The notes beneath the pieces were generated by a model that worked only from the letters and a program-made list of their open reading frames with translations, did not search any database and was not told the origin of the DNA. From an uncultured Candidatus Micrarchaeota archaeon (GTDB taxonomy: Archaea > Micrarchaeota > Micrarchaeia > Micrarchaeales > Micrarchaeaceae), in assembly GCA_963741095.1 (NCBI GenBank), contig CAVUGN010000009.1, positions 1 through 64,000 on the forward strand: a DNA stretch of 64,000 nucleotides, read 5' to 3'. Positions 51,043 to 59,962 of this stretch are shown here, one piece after another; the first letter of the stretch is position 1, and every line of letters starts with the position of its first letter. The position numbers were made by a program, and so were the translations under genes.

Positions 51043-52313
51043 ACCTCTTCGCTGCTTAGCTTTTTGTTGGTATCCTCTATCTTCTTTCCTATCCTTGTGA
51101 CTTTGGCTCTTGTGCTCCTGTCCTTGTCGCTGAGCTGGTCGACCACCTCGGCCCGCTGCTCTACGGAGAGGTTCGCGTTGTTAAGTGCCTTCAAGGCTTC
51201 TGAGATGTCGGTGAGCTCCGTCTTGGTCTCGGCGACCTGCTTGTTTATGTCCTCCACGTCCCTCCTCAATCCGCGCACTGTGTCATCAAGCTTCGAGACC
51301 TCGCCGAAAGCGTTCTTGAGGGTGCCTATCTTCTCGAGTATCGTCGCTGAATTCGAATCCACTATCTTGCTGTTCTTGTAAATGCTCTCGTTGAGCTTCT
51401 GGTACCTGTCGGAAAAGGCTATCCTGGCGCTGTTCAGCGTTCGCTTCGCGCTCTCGCTGTGCCTCTTGAATTCCCTTATCTGAGTTGCCAGGTCCTTTGT
51501 CGTGCTCGCCTGGTTGCTGACGCTGCCGGCTATGGCCGCTATCTGCTGAGTCCCCAATTTCAGCCTCGACTCTATCTCGGTGCTCGTCGCATCAAGCTGC
51601 CTGTTGAACTCCCTTGCCTGCGCGTCCATGCTCTTCTTCATCGACTCGAAAAACCTGTCCTTCGTCTTCCTGAGCTCCTCTATCTCCGATATCGCCGCGC
51701 TCGACTTCTTGAGCAGCTCGTTGACCTTGTCTATGTTGGCCGAGACTCCCTTCTCGCCCCCTGCGGCCGTGAGCATGTCTATCTTGGATGACAGATCGTT
51801 TATGCGCCTGTTAACGTCGCCATAGGCGGTCTCGACGCTCTGCTTTATAGTGTTGACCCCTTTCTGCTCCGATTCGACCATCGCGTAGGCCTTGTTTATC
51901 TCCGCGAGCATCAATTGTACCTCCGGCATTCGCTGCCTGTAGACGCTCTCTATGTTCGCTACCGACATGCTCAGTCCGGTTATCCTCTCGGCGAACTTGT
52001 CCAGTTCAGCGCGCTGGACGTTCGTGCTCTGCTCAAGTATGCTCTCTCTCGCCCCTAGCTTGACCTTGACGCTCTGCACTTCCTCCTTCCCAATCACTAT
52101 CGGCTCGAGGTACATCCTGCCTACCTCGTAGCTTATCCTGGCCATCCCTCCGCTCTCGAGGACCTTGGCCCACCTCTCGACTATCTTAGGATCAGCGCCC
52201 AGCTGGACCGCTATGGTGTTGAGCTCGCTCTTGCCCTTGGTCCTAAGCAACTCCACAAGAGCGTCTATCGAGGTTCTCGCCTCACCCGCATCTTGTCCAG
52301 TCGCCCCAGGCAT
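51039..52313 (-). CDS. Coiled-coil protein with an N-terminal winged-helix-like domain
   Basis: TSID.LV.LL.....IA..L......VE.WAK.LE..G N-terminus, then ~350 aa of heptads; overlaps the ATPase start. Confidence 0.75.
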   Translation of the reverse strand: MPGATGQDAGEARTSIDALVELLRTKGKSELNTIAVQLGADPKIVERWAKVLESGGMARISYEVGRMYLEPIVIGKEEVQSVKVKLGARESILEQSTNVQRAELDKFAERITGLSMSVANIESVYRQRMPEVQLMLAEINKAYAMVESEQKGVNTIKQSVETAYGDVNRRINDLSSKIDMLTAAGGEKGVSANIDKVNELLKKSSAAISEIEELRKTKDRFFESMKKSMDAQAREFNRQLDATSTEIESRLKLGTQQIAAIAGSVSNQASTTKDLATQIREFKRHSESAKRTLNSARIAFSDRYQKLNESIYKNSKIVDSNSATILEKIGTLKNAFGEVSKLDDTVRGLRRDVEDINKQVAETKTELTDISEALKALNNANLSVEQRAEVVDQLSDKDRSTRAKVTRIGKKIEDTNKKLSSEEV

Positions 52314-52388
52314 ATGACAACACGATTACTAATGAGCAACAAATGTTTAAATACTATCTATGGCTCGTCGGCACCCAACGTCAAAATT

Positions 52389-53081
52389 CTACAGGGCTAT
52401 CCTGTAGAACATGGAAAACACCAGCGCGATCAGCAGCATGAACGCTATGCTCCACAGGGACACCACGTTGAAGATCAGCATCAGCACGAAGATGGCGCCC
52501 ATGACTGCGAAGTACACCGGCTTGTTCCACGCGAGTATCTTGCTGCCGTCGAGAGGGTATATCGGCAGCATGTTGAAGAAGGCGAGCAGCAGGCTCACGA
52601 ATATCGTGAACGTCAGCGTGGCGTAGAGATAGCTGCTTGAGGCGGGGTTGAACAGGTAGAGCATCGCCGCGAACACCGCAAAAACAACGAAGTTCGTCAT
52701 CGGGCCTGCGAGCGACACGATGCCGTTCTCCCTTTTCGTGAAATTGCTCGCGTATATGACCGTTGCGCCGGGTATGCCGATCAGGAAGCCGAGCGCGCCG
52801 GTGAACAGGGTAATGGCAAGCCCGTTCATCGAGGTCTGGAAGCCAGCTATCGCGCCATAATGCTGCGCGACGAACTTGTGCATCAGCTCATGCAGCACGA
52901 AGCTTAGCGTCACTGCAAGCGCGGCAATGGGCAGGAATCCAACGAAGGTGCCGATGCCCGACGAGGCGATGCCGGCTATGCCCCCTGAAAAGCTGAGCGA
53001 GAAGGCGACGATGAGAACAACGTCGGCTATGACTATGTTCTTGAGCTCCTCCATCCCCGTTACGTTCTGCCTGAACGCCAT
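52389..53081 (-). CDS. Site-2 protease (M50) family metalloprotease
   Basis: HELMH, AGP..N and FNMLPIYPLDG motifs. Confidence 0.92.
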   Translation of the reverse strand: MAFRQNVTGMEELKNIVIADVVLIVAFSLSFSGGIAGIASSGIGTFVGFLPIAALAVTLSFVLHELMHKFVAQHYGAIAGFQTSMNGLAITLFTGALGFLIGIPGATVIYASNFTKRENGIVSLAGPMTNFVVFAVFAAMLYLFNPASSSYLYATLTFTIFVSLLLAFFNMLPIYPLDGSKILAWNKPVYFAVMGAIFVLMLIFNVVSLWSIAFMLLIALVFSMFYRIAL

Positions 53082-53135
53082 ACCACTAATTTGCAAATGC
53101 TTTATAAAACAGATGCGTGACAATATAGTGTATTT

Positions 53136-53231
53136 AGCTCCATCGTCTAGTGGTCATTGCAAACAAACGCAACCAAAAAAGGACGGCGGCCTCTGGAGCC
53201 GTAAACGCCAGTTCGAATCTGGCTGGAGCTA
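53136..53231 (+). tRNA. tRNA-Gln(CTG) with 23-nt D-loop intron (53156-53178)
   Basis: AGCTCCA/TGGAGCT acceptor, GCGGC-CTCTGGA-GCCGT anticodon arm; intron removal gives GTCTAGTGGTCAAGGAC, like the D-arm of the intronless tRNA-Gln(TTG). Confidence 0.9.
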
Positions 53232-53324
53232 GATTACGTTTATCAGAATCAACCAGACGCCTGAAATCCATCGGAATGGACGGAATCAAAAGACGGGCAA
53301 CAAGCAACAATATCAACTGATCTC

Positions 53325-54851
53325 ATGAAACAGGGCAACAAGAAAAAAGCCAGCAAGACCTCCATGGCTTCGTCTGCCACCACGCCGATCATCATAGCGG
53401 CGGTCGTAGTGCTTCTCGCCGCTCTTGTGTTCGCTTTCAATGTTGCAAACGTGCAGGGAACGCTGAATGCCTTCGCGCATCCCAGAACAAACGCAACTCT
53501 TTATTATTGCGGCATCGCCGTTTCGGAACAGCAGTACGCGCTTCTTAATTCCACAGGCCAGTACCAGTTTGAAGGTAATCCATGCCATCAGTATTACATC
53601 AACGGCACGATAGGCGCATTCAACACCGTGCTAAGCGGAGGCATAGATGGACCAATCACCCTATACAAAAACACACTGCTTGTGCCCATGGAACCGCCCG
53701 CCTACAATTACACCCCGCCTTCATACTACCCGCCAAACATGAGCATGATGTGGGGCGGGCTTGCCGCAGTAAACGCAACCACCGGAAAGCTCATCTGGCA
53801 GGACAATTTCACCAACCCGGTCATGACACAACCCTTGGCGGTAAACGGTATCGCCTACGTGGGCACGGGAGACGATTATACGTCGGTCGGCTCGGAACAA
53901 AATGGCATGTTTGCAATAAACATAACCGATGGGCGGATAGTGTGGGAAATAAAAACTACAAGCCAAAACATGCCCACATTCGTCTATTACAACGGCTCCA
54001 TAATAAAAATGTCCACCCTCTGGAACGGCTTCAATCTCTGGAACAAATCCACTGCGAATTTCACCACCCATGCCCTACAAGCATTTGACCCATTAACCGG
54101 CAATCTGAAATGGCAGATGGGCTTGGGCGGATTTTCTGCAATGTCCTCCCCCGTTCTGATAGGCAACACAATCTATTTTGGGGAAATGCACCAAAACAGC
54201 AACACCCTTGTTCGCCCCAACCCCCCATACATCCTCAATCATGGTATAATATATGCAATAAATTTAGACACCCATACGGCGGTGTGGAACACGACCTTCC
54301 CCAACGGCGCAGATAGGGCAACGCAGGATACAACACTTGCAATATGGAACAACACCCTGATTGACGGGTATGCCTTTACTAATTACTCCCTGCCCATCCA
54401 AAACATGATTACAAACTTGACATTGGTGGGCATGGATCGAAATAATGGAAGCATAAAATGGGAATTCAATGAAGGCCGAGGCCCAAACACCCCGCGAAGC
54501 ATGCTACCGGTATTTACTGCCTACAACAACATCGCGTTCTCGGTCACCACGGAGCTGGGTTGGCTGTACGCATTGAACATGTCTACGGGGCAGCGGCTAT
54601 GGAAATTCCATACCGGCCCTTCCCTGCAGAATCCGGAGGTCATCGACGGACACGTCTTTGCGGAAAACCAGACGGGTACGGTGTTCATACTGGACATGAA
54701 CGGCACGCTCTACAAGACGATCAATCTGGGAACGCCGATGGGCTGGTGCGGGAGCGCAGGGATCGCCCAGATAGGGGATAAAGTGGTCTTCGGGGGCGAT
54801 GACGGCAGGCTTATAGTGCTCCCAATATCAAGTATCATATCCCAGAATTAA
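53325..54851 (+). CDS. Membrane-anchored PQQ-like (BamB-type) beta-propeller protein
   Basis: N-terminal TM; repeated A.(N/D)..TG...W blades; many NxS/T sequons. Confidence 0.82.
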   Translation: MKQGNKKKASKTSMASSATTPIIIAAVVVLLAALVFAFNVANVQGTLNAFAHPRTNATLYYCGIAVSEQQYALLNSTGQYQFEGNPCHQYYINGTIGAFNTVLSGGIDGPITLYKNTLLVPMEPPAYNYTPPSYYPPNMSMMWGGLAAVNATTGKLIWQDNFTNPVMTQPLAVNGIAYVGTGDDYTSVGSEQNGMFAINITDGRIVWEIKTTSQNMPTFVYYNGSIIKMSTLWNGFNLWNKSTANFTTHALQAFDPLTGNLKWQMGLGGFSAMSSPVLIGNTIYFGEMHQNSNTLVRPNPPYILNHGIIYAINLDTHTAVWNTTFPNGADRATQDTTLAIWNNTLIDGYAFTNYSLPIQNMITNLTLVGMDRNNGSIKWEFNEGRGPNTPRSMLPVFTAYNNIAFSVTTELGWLYALNMSTGQRLWKFHTGPSLQNPEVIDGHVFAENQTGTVFILDMNGTLYKTINLGTPMGWCGSAGIAQIGDKVVFGGDDGRLIVLPISSIISQN

Positions 54852-55037
54852 TACCTGGCGAAGTAACTTTTCCTGCACCCACTTGCAGCATAAATTCGCT
54901 TGCCGATCCCTGGTTCCTTCCAATCGCCTCTGCCCCTGCGGAAGCACCCTGCTCAAGGCGGCAGAAAGTTGACTTGGCCCTTCGAAACATAAATATTTAA
55001 ACTTGCCCTTGAAAGATTGATTGGATAGGTGGCACAC

Positions 55038-55352
55038 ATGGCAAACAGAAAATCAAGACCAGATACAAAAATGATGATGATAATCTTCGCGGCCGTTCTT
55101 CTGGTGATCGGAGCGATAATCTTCTCGGCCATAGCAACCATCCCTTCCAGATCCGGGTCAAACGGCGGCACCCCGCTTGTCAGCAGCAAACAATCTGCTG
55201 TTGTGCCAACAAAGCAGACCGCTTCGGGCGCACTCACGGGAAATCCGGCAAGTTCGTCTTCGGATCAAAACAGCGGGACTTCGGTCCAAAGCGAAGCGGA
55301 CAAGTTAAAGGACTATATACTGATCTGTGCATCGTGCGGCGGCGGTCCATAA
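55038..55352 (+). CDS. Small membrane-anchored hypothetical protein ending in CASCGGGP
   Basis: Basic N-terminus, TM helix, Ser/Thr-rich linker, terminal CxxC. Confidence 0.6.
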   Translation: MANRKSRPDTKMMMIIFAAVLLVIGAIIFSAIATIPSRSGSNGGTPLVSSKQSAVVPTKQTASGALTGNPASSSSDQNSGTSVQSEADKLKDYILICASCGGGP

Positions 55353-55609
55353 TCCTCTAATCGTCTGCCACTTATCGTGCATAGTAACGACGTGCCCGAA
55401 GATTGGATACGCTACACACTTCCATGGGTAAGTTATGCCTCGCAAATCTTGACGAGCCATTCAGACGATTCTAAGATGGTTTAGAATCATCAGACTTAGT
55501 ATGCCCACGATGCAGGCCTTCATACCCACCGTCGGGCACCCCCTCTTTCGGTCAACAGGACTCTGCTAGATGATTATTTAAACTTTAATAGTGTGAAGAT
55601 ACCGATTCA

Positions 55610-56032
55610 ATGCCAAAGGCTCTAACCGATCATGTGATCGTCTGCGGCTACGGCACGCTCGGCGAGAAGGTGGCTGACGTCCTGTCGGGCCACAACGTTT
55701 CCTTCATACTCATCGAGATAGACACGAAAAAGGTCGAGAAGGCCAGACAGCTCGGCTACAATGTGATGGAGGGCGATGCCACCAGGTCGCAGGTGCTGAA
55801 GTCCGCCAATATAATGACCGCGAAGGCGATAGCGATCGCGCTTGACGACGACGCGAAGAACCTGTTCACCGTGCTGACCGCCAGGGACCTTAACAAGAGC
55901 ATATTCATAGCCGCCAGAGCGAACGACGATTTCGTCAGGGAGAAGCTCATAGAGGCGGGTGCGGATTACATAGTGATGCCGCAGAGGGCGGCAAGCAAGG
56001 AGATAGTCAATGAGCTCCTCAAGCCAGAATAG
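55610..56032 (+). CDS. Stand-alone RCK-N/TrkA-N domain protein
   Basis: HVIVCGYGTLG, GDAT, D..N and AGAD.IV.P motifs. Confidence 0.88.
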   Translation: MPKALTDHVIVCGYGTLGEKVADVLSGHNVSFILIEIDTKKVEKARQLGYNVMEGDATRSQVLKSANIMTAKAIAIALDDDAKNLFTVLTARDLNKSIFIAARANDDFVREKLIEAGADYIVMPQRAASKEIVNELLKPE

Positions 56033-56804
56033 CCTGAGTTCGCGTGTCGGCGTTCCACCCCCCACCATAACCGACAGGGTGATCGTCCTGTTGCTCATCG
56101 CGGCAGCTCTCTTCACGATACTCTCGATAGAAGTCATATACGGCGTGACCCACAACTTCTCCGCTTCGAGCTACTACACCTTCGCAGCGCTTTTCAGCAC
56201 CAACCTCTCGACCAGCGGTAGCATAATAGCATCTGAGATAACTCCATTCAGTGGCGGCTTCTACGTTGTACTTGCGATGTCGATGCTTGACGGGCTCATC
56301 AAGGCGGTGATAATCGGTTTCGTAATAGCCGCGTTCACCAGATCAATAATGAACATAGACATCTCCTCGAGGATAAACGCCGCAGCGGCGAGCAGGATGA
56401 AGGGCCATGTGATAGTGTGCGGCTATTCGATGCTTGCGGAGCGGCTGTGCAAGGAGCTGAAGAGAAAGGGCGTCCAGTTCGTTGTCATAGAAAAAAATCC
56501 TGAGATAGCGGAGCTGCTGGAGGAGCTGGGCTACCACACGGTGAACGGCGACTTCACGGACGCGCGCGTGCTCAACACTGCGATGCTTAAGACTTCAAAG
56601 GCCATCGTGTTCGCCACGGAGAGCGACTTCAACAACCTGCTGGGGGTCGTCACCGCGAAGCACACCTACCCCAACGCAAAGATCATAACGAGGGCGGCGG
56701 AAGAGATAAACATAGGCAAGATGAAGCGTGGCGGGGCACGGCTCTGCCTGGTGCCCGAGATAGTGGCTGGCCAGGAACTCGGGGACAGCATGCTGAAATT
56801 GTGA
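56010..56804 (+). CDS. Two-TM channel-like protein with RCK-N domain
   Basis: TM-pore-TM layout followed by HVIVCGYS, GDFT and D..N; no TxGYG filter. Confidence 0.75.
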   Translation: MSSSSQNSLSSRVGVPPPTITDRVIVLLLIAAALFTILSIEVIYGVTHNFSASSYYTFAALFSTNLSTSGSIIASEITPFSGGFYVVLAMSMLDGLIKAVIIGFVIAAFTRSIMNIDISSRINAAAASRMKGHVIVCGYSMLAERLCKELKRKGVQFVVIEKNPEIAELLEELGYHTVNGDFTDARVLNTAMLKTSKAIVFATESDFNNLLGVVTAKHTYPNAKIITRAAEEINIGKMKRGGARLCLVPEIVAGQELGDSMLKL

Positions 56805-56808
56805 TCGG

Positions 56809-57540
56809 ATGGTAACACTGAAGAACGCGTGGATAACCCTTCTGACCGTCGCAGTGATACTTTTCCTAATCTCCAACCTCATCGACATATACTCCGGCAT
56901 CCGGCCGGTGTACGCGCTGCTGGAGAACACCTTCGGCTCCCTGCAGATCACCGATTCATTGATACACCTCTACGCCAACGTGAACGAGAATGTGTACACA
57001 CTGACATCAAACCTCATAAACATCGTAGTGTTCGCGCTTGTGACGGTGATGCTCGCAACATGGTTCGTGAACCTGATAAGCGGCTTCAGCATAAAAGGCA
57101 AGCTCCTGCTCTCCAGGATAAACCGCACAAAGGACCACGTCATAATCGCGCCCTTCAATCCCCTCGCCCAGGCGCTCCTGGTCGACCTGAAAGAGGCGGG
57201 CATAAAGTCGGTGGTCATAACCGAGAACAAGGGCGACCTTCCGGACCTGCACGACCAGAACGAGATGGCTCTCGTCGGCGTTGTAAAGTCGACCGAGGTG
57301 TTCGAGACTGCGGGCATAAAGCGTGCCAAGTACGTCATCGCGTGCAGCGACGACGACCTGCAGAACGCGCTCATAACTGTCACCGCAAAGAACGCGAACC
57401 CGAGGATAAAGATAATATCGAGGGTCAGCGACGAGGCGGACATACCCAAGCTGAGCATAGCCGGAGCCTATTGGATGATAAAGCCCGAGATCACTGCCGG
57501 CGAGAAGGTCGCCGACGAGATACTGAAGATAGTCGTGTAG
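56809..57540 (+). CDS. Two-TM channel-like protein with a degenerate RCK-N domain
   Basis: TM-loop-TM followed by DHVII, DD.QN and AGA...I.PE; no TxGYG filter. Confidence 0.72.
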   Translation: MVTLKNAWITLLTVAVILFLISNLIDIYSGIRPVYALLENTFGSLQITDSLIHLYANVNENVYTLTSNLINIVVFALVTVMLATWFVNLISGFSIKGKLLLSRINRTKDHVIIAPFNPLAQALLVDLKEAGIKSVVITENKGDLPDLHDQNEMALVGVVKSTEVFETAGIKRAKYVIACSDDDLQNALITVTAKNANPRIKIISRVSDEADIPKLSIAGAYWMIKPEITAGEKVADEILKIVV

Positions 57541-57564
57541 CGCACTTCGCTGATTTTACTGGGG

Positions 57565-58926
57565 CTAGGGGCGCTCTACTTTGAAGCGGCGCGGCTTGGC
57601 AACTGTCTTGAGGGTCTCACCAGCAAATCTGGCCCATCCATTAATCCCCGTCCATTCGCCTACTGCAGGGAAGGGTGTGTACGTCCTAATCAGATAACTG
57701 CGTCTTGGGTTCTTTGCGTACTCGCTCAACAGCGCCTCTAGCCTCTTCCGATCTTCCTCCTCCAGCTCTGCGACCTTATTTTTGCCCCTGTCCACCAGGA
57801 ACTCCTTGGTCACCGCACCCTCGTTAGCCATCTGCCAACTCGATTTAGGCATTTTAGGCACGGGTTCACCAGATTCTCCTACCGAACTTGCCGCATTTCT
57901 GCCGACTGTCCGCACAGCCAGCAGCAGAGTTGCCGCAGCTACACCGTACGAACCGACAAACGGAACCCTGCTTGCGCCATACCTCCATTCTGCTATGTTA
58001 GCAGCTTCCGGCCCATACGGCTCATACTTTTCACTCACCTTATTGCGCAGCACGGTGTTCAAGTACCCATTCTTAAGATACTCAGGATGCTCTGCCGTGC
58101 GCATTTCGGCTTCCTTTTCCTTCATCATCCTTCTGATGTCCTTGCTTACCGAGTTGCTTATGCCAGACTTTAGCGTTACTAGCTCCCTCCAGTTAGTCCA
58201 GGCCATGGGCATATTCCAGCCGCCTGCCCACTTCCCCATTGCACCGGTAGGCGACTTAATATTGTCTTTGTCTTCCTCCAACGCCTCTCCCTTCTTCACG
58301 TGCCTGAACCTTGGGTTGAACTGGGCTCCGCCCGGGCCAGCCATCAGCCCGAGATTGACCCTTAAGTTGCCAACACCGAAGCCCTTGCCCTCCGTTCCTA
58401 TCTTAATCTTGTCTGTGCTCACAAGAAAATCCGAGGCTTTCTTTCTCCAATCTGTGCGGGCATTGAACGCATCCCGTCTCGCCTTTGTCATGCTTCCAGT
58501 CGGATTTGCGAGTATAACAGTATATAATTCCTTGCGCTGGGCAGCGTTCAGATCACTCACCTTGGTTACCCCCTTCGACTTGAGGTAGTCGTCAGTAGGC
58601 TTTATATTTAGGAACGCAGCCTGGCGCGCCGCGTTCTTCGTCTTATTCTGGGCCCTTACGGTTTTGCCAAGCCCGGCTATCTTTGGCTTCGCGCCTCCTG
58701 TCGGAGTCGACATCTGCTCCTTGAATTCGGTTGCCTTGCTTATTCCCTTTCCCGCGCCGCCCGTGCCGAAGCCGGTCGCCATCTGCATTATCGTGCCGAA
58801 CCCGAGCAGGGTGAAAAGGTCCGCGCCGCCCCTCAGTCCTGCGGCCGCGGCTATGAGTATGAGTATTATTATCACTGGGATCAGCGCGTACACAGCGCCT
58901 ATGCTCAAAAGATCAAACACCAGCAT
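57565..58926 (-). CDS. Hypothetical membrane-anchored basic protein
   Basis: N-terminal TM and Gly-rich segment, Lys/Arg-rich body, second hydrophobic segment; TATA-like box upstream. Confidence 0.65.
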   Translation of the reverse strand: MLVFDLLSIGAVYALIPVIIILILIAAAAGLRGGADLFTLLGFGTIMQMATGFGTGGAGKGISKATEFKEQMSTPTGGAKPKIAGLGKTVRAQNKTKNAARQAAFLNIKPTDDYLKSKGVTKVSDLNAAQRKELYTVILANPTGSMTKARRDAFNARTDWRKKASDFLVSTDKIKIGTEGKGFGVGNLRVNLGLMAGPGGAQFNPRFRHVKKGEALEEDKDNIKSPTGAMGKWAGGWNMPMAWTNWRELVTLKSGISNSVSKDIRRMMKEKEAEMRTAEHPEYLKNGYLNTVLRNKVSEKYEPYGPEAANIAEWRYGASRVPFVGSYGVAAATLLLAVRTVGRNAASSVGESGEPVPKMPKSSWQMANEGAVTKEFLVDRGKNKVAELEEEDRKRLEALLSEYAKNPRRSYLIRTYTPFPAVGEWTGINGWARFAGETLKTVAKPRRFKVERP

Positions 58927-59023
58927 ATCCACCGATAGTATAGCGTCGCAGGTGATATTTAAAGATTTTGTCACCATTAGACAGGCGTCATACATCCCTG
59001 CAGGAAAAGGCGATCAAACAAGG

Positions 59024-59144
59024 CGCTGGGAGTGGGAATCGAACCCACGAAAGCCATTTCTAGCTAAACAGCTTAGCAGGCTGCCGCCCTTTAGTGAACT
59101 TTCCTTTCGTTAAAAAGTTTTGTTTACCACTAGGCGATCCCAGC
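59024..59144 (-). tRNA. tRNA-Ser(GCT) with 35-nt D-loop intron (59091-59125)
   Basis: GCTGGGA/TCCCAGC acceptor, GCAGC-CTGCTAA-GCTGT anticodon arm, long variable arm; canonical BHB (AGTG/CACT helix, GTA and AAA bulges). Confidence 0.9.
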
Positions 59145-59182
59145 ACGGTAATAATTTGCAGGGCAACTTTAATAATAAGTGC

Positions 59183-59473
59183 GGCAGAAGCCGACCTTGC
59201 AATACTGGACATCGTCAAGCTTACTGCACCAAGGCTTGGCCCTGTATCTTAAGAGCATAGTCTTATTGCACGCCCGCTTCCTCTTGAAGCTTGGGCTATA
59301 TGCTTAGGGTTGCTCCTTCCGGCCTGGCCCGGTTTGCACATGAGACCACCACCTAAGGCAAGGCTTCACGGCCCTGATGCAGACTTGCCGAGATCCAAAT
59401 ATCACTCGATCGGCATTGGTTCGCCTAAAGGGATTTGCGAACGGGAAACCCTTAGCTTCCCGACCTATCTGCC
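59183..59473 (-). ncRNA. ffs: Archaeal SRP (7S) RNA
   Basis: Minus strand: helix 8 GCCAGGCC-GGAA-GGAGCAAC, terminal helix GGCAGA/TCTGCC, Alu-domain loops TAAGGG/CCCTTTA; ~290 nt. Confidence 0.88.
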
Positions 59474-59540
59474 AGATAACTCTTTGAGTTAAGTATATTA
59501 ATAAGTTCGCCCAATACCATACTGCACAAGGTGCTTTTGA

Positions 59541-59954
59541 TTGGGCAATGACGAATATAATCAGCTGATTGACGACGCCTTCGCGAAGATCCCGAACCTC
59601 TCGATGGAGAAGGCGGACTTCGTGATACCAAGGGCCGACGGCCTCACGCAGGGGGCCAAGACCGTGATAAGGAACATCGCGGCGATAGCCGACAGGGCGA
59701 GGAGGAAGCCGGAGGAGATAGCGAGATACCTGAGCAAGGAGCTCTCCGCTCCGGCAAGCATAGCCGAGCAGGGACTGATAATAAGCGGGAAGTTCTCGGG
59801 AGACGAGCTCGACAAGCGCATAACGAAATACTTCGAGACCTACGTAATATGCAAGGAGTGCCACAAGCCCGACACCCATCTCGAGAGCGCGAAGAACGGC
59901 ATGTACCTCGTCTGCGAGGCGTGCGGGGCAAGGTACTGGGTTAAGAACTATTAG
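59541..59954 (+). CDS. eif2b: Translation initiation factor aIF-2 beta
   Basis: KELSA, YVIC.EC.KPDT and CEACGA motifs. Confidence 0.93.
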   Translation: MGNDEYNQLIDDAFAKIPNLSMEKADFVIPRADGLTQGAKTVIRNIAAIADRARRKPEEIARYLSKELSAPASIAEQGLIISGKFSGDELDKRITKYFETYVICKECHKPDTHLESAKNGMYLVCEACGARYWVKNY

Positions 59955-59962
59955 GTGTATGA

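Noticed and set aside
54861-54975. Possible divergent 5S rRNA, based on size
   Set aside because: No loop C CCGAAC or loop E motifs on either strand.
55440-55545. Hammerhead (CUGAUGA), TPP (GGGGUGCCC) or fluoride riboswitch resemblance on the minus strand
   Set aside because: The required partner motifs (GAAA/GUH, CUGAGA, pseudoknot strand) are missing and no minus-strand gene lies downstream; kept only as an unknown structured RNA.
59304-59492. ORFs overlapping 59.3-59.5 kb and 34155-34784
   Set aside because: They overlap the SRP RNA and the RNase P RNA respectively.
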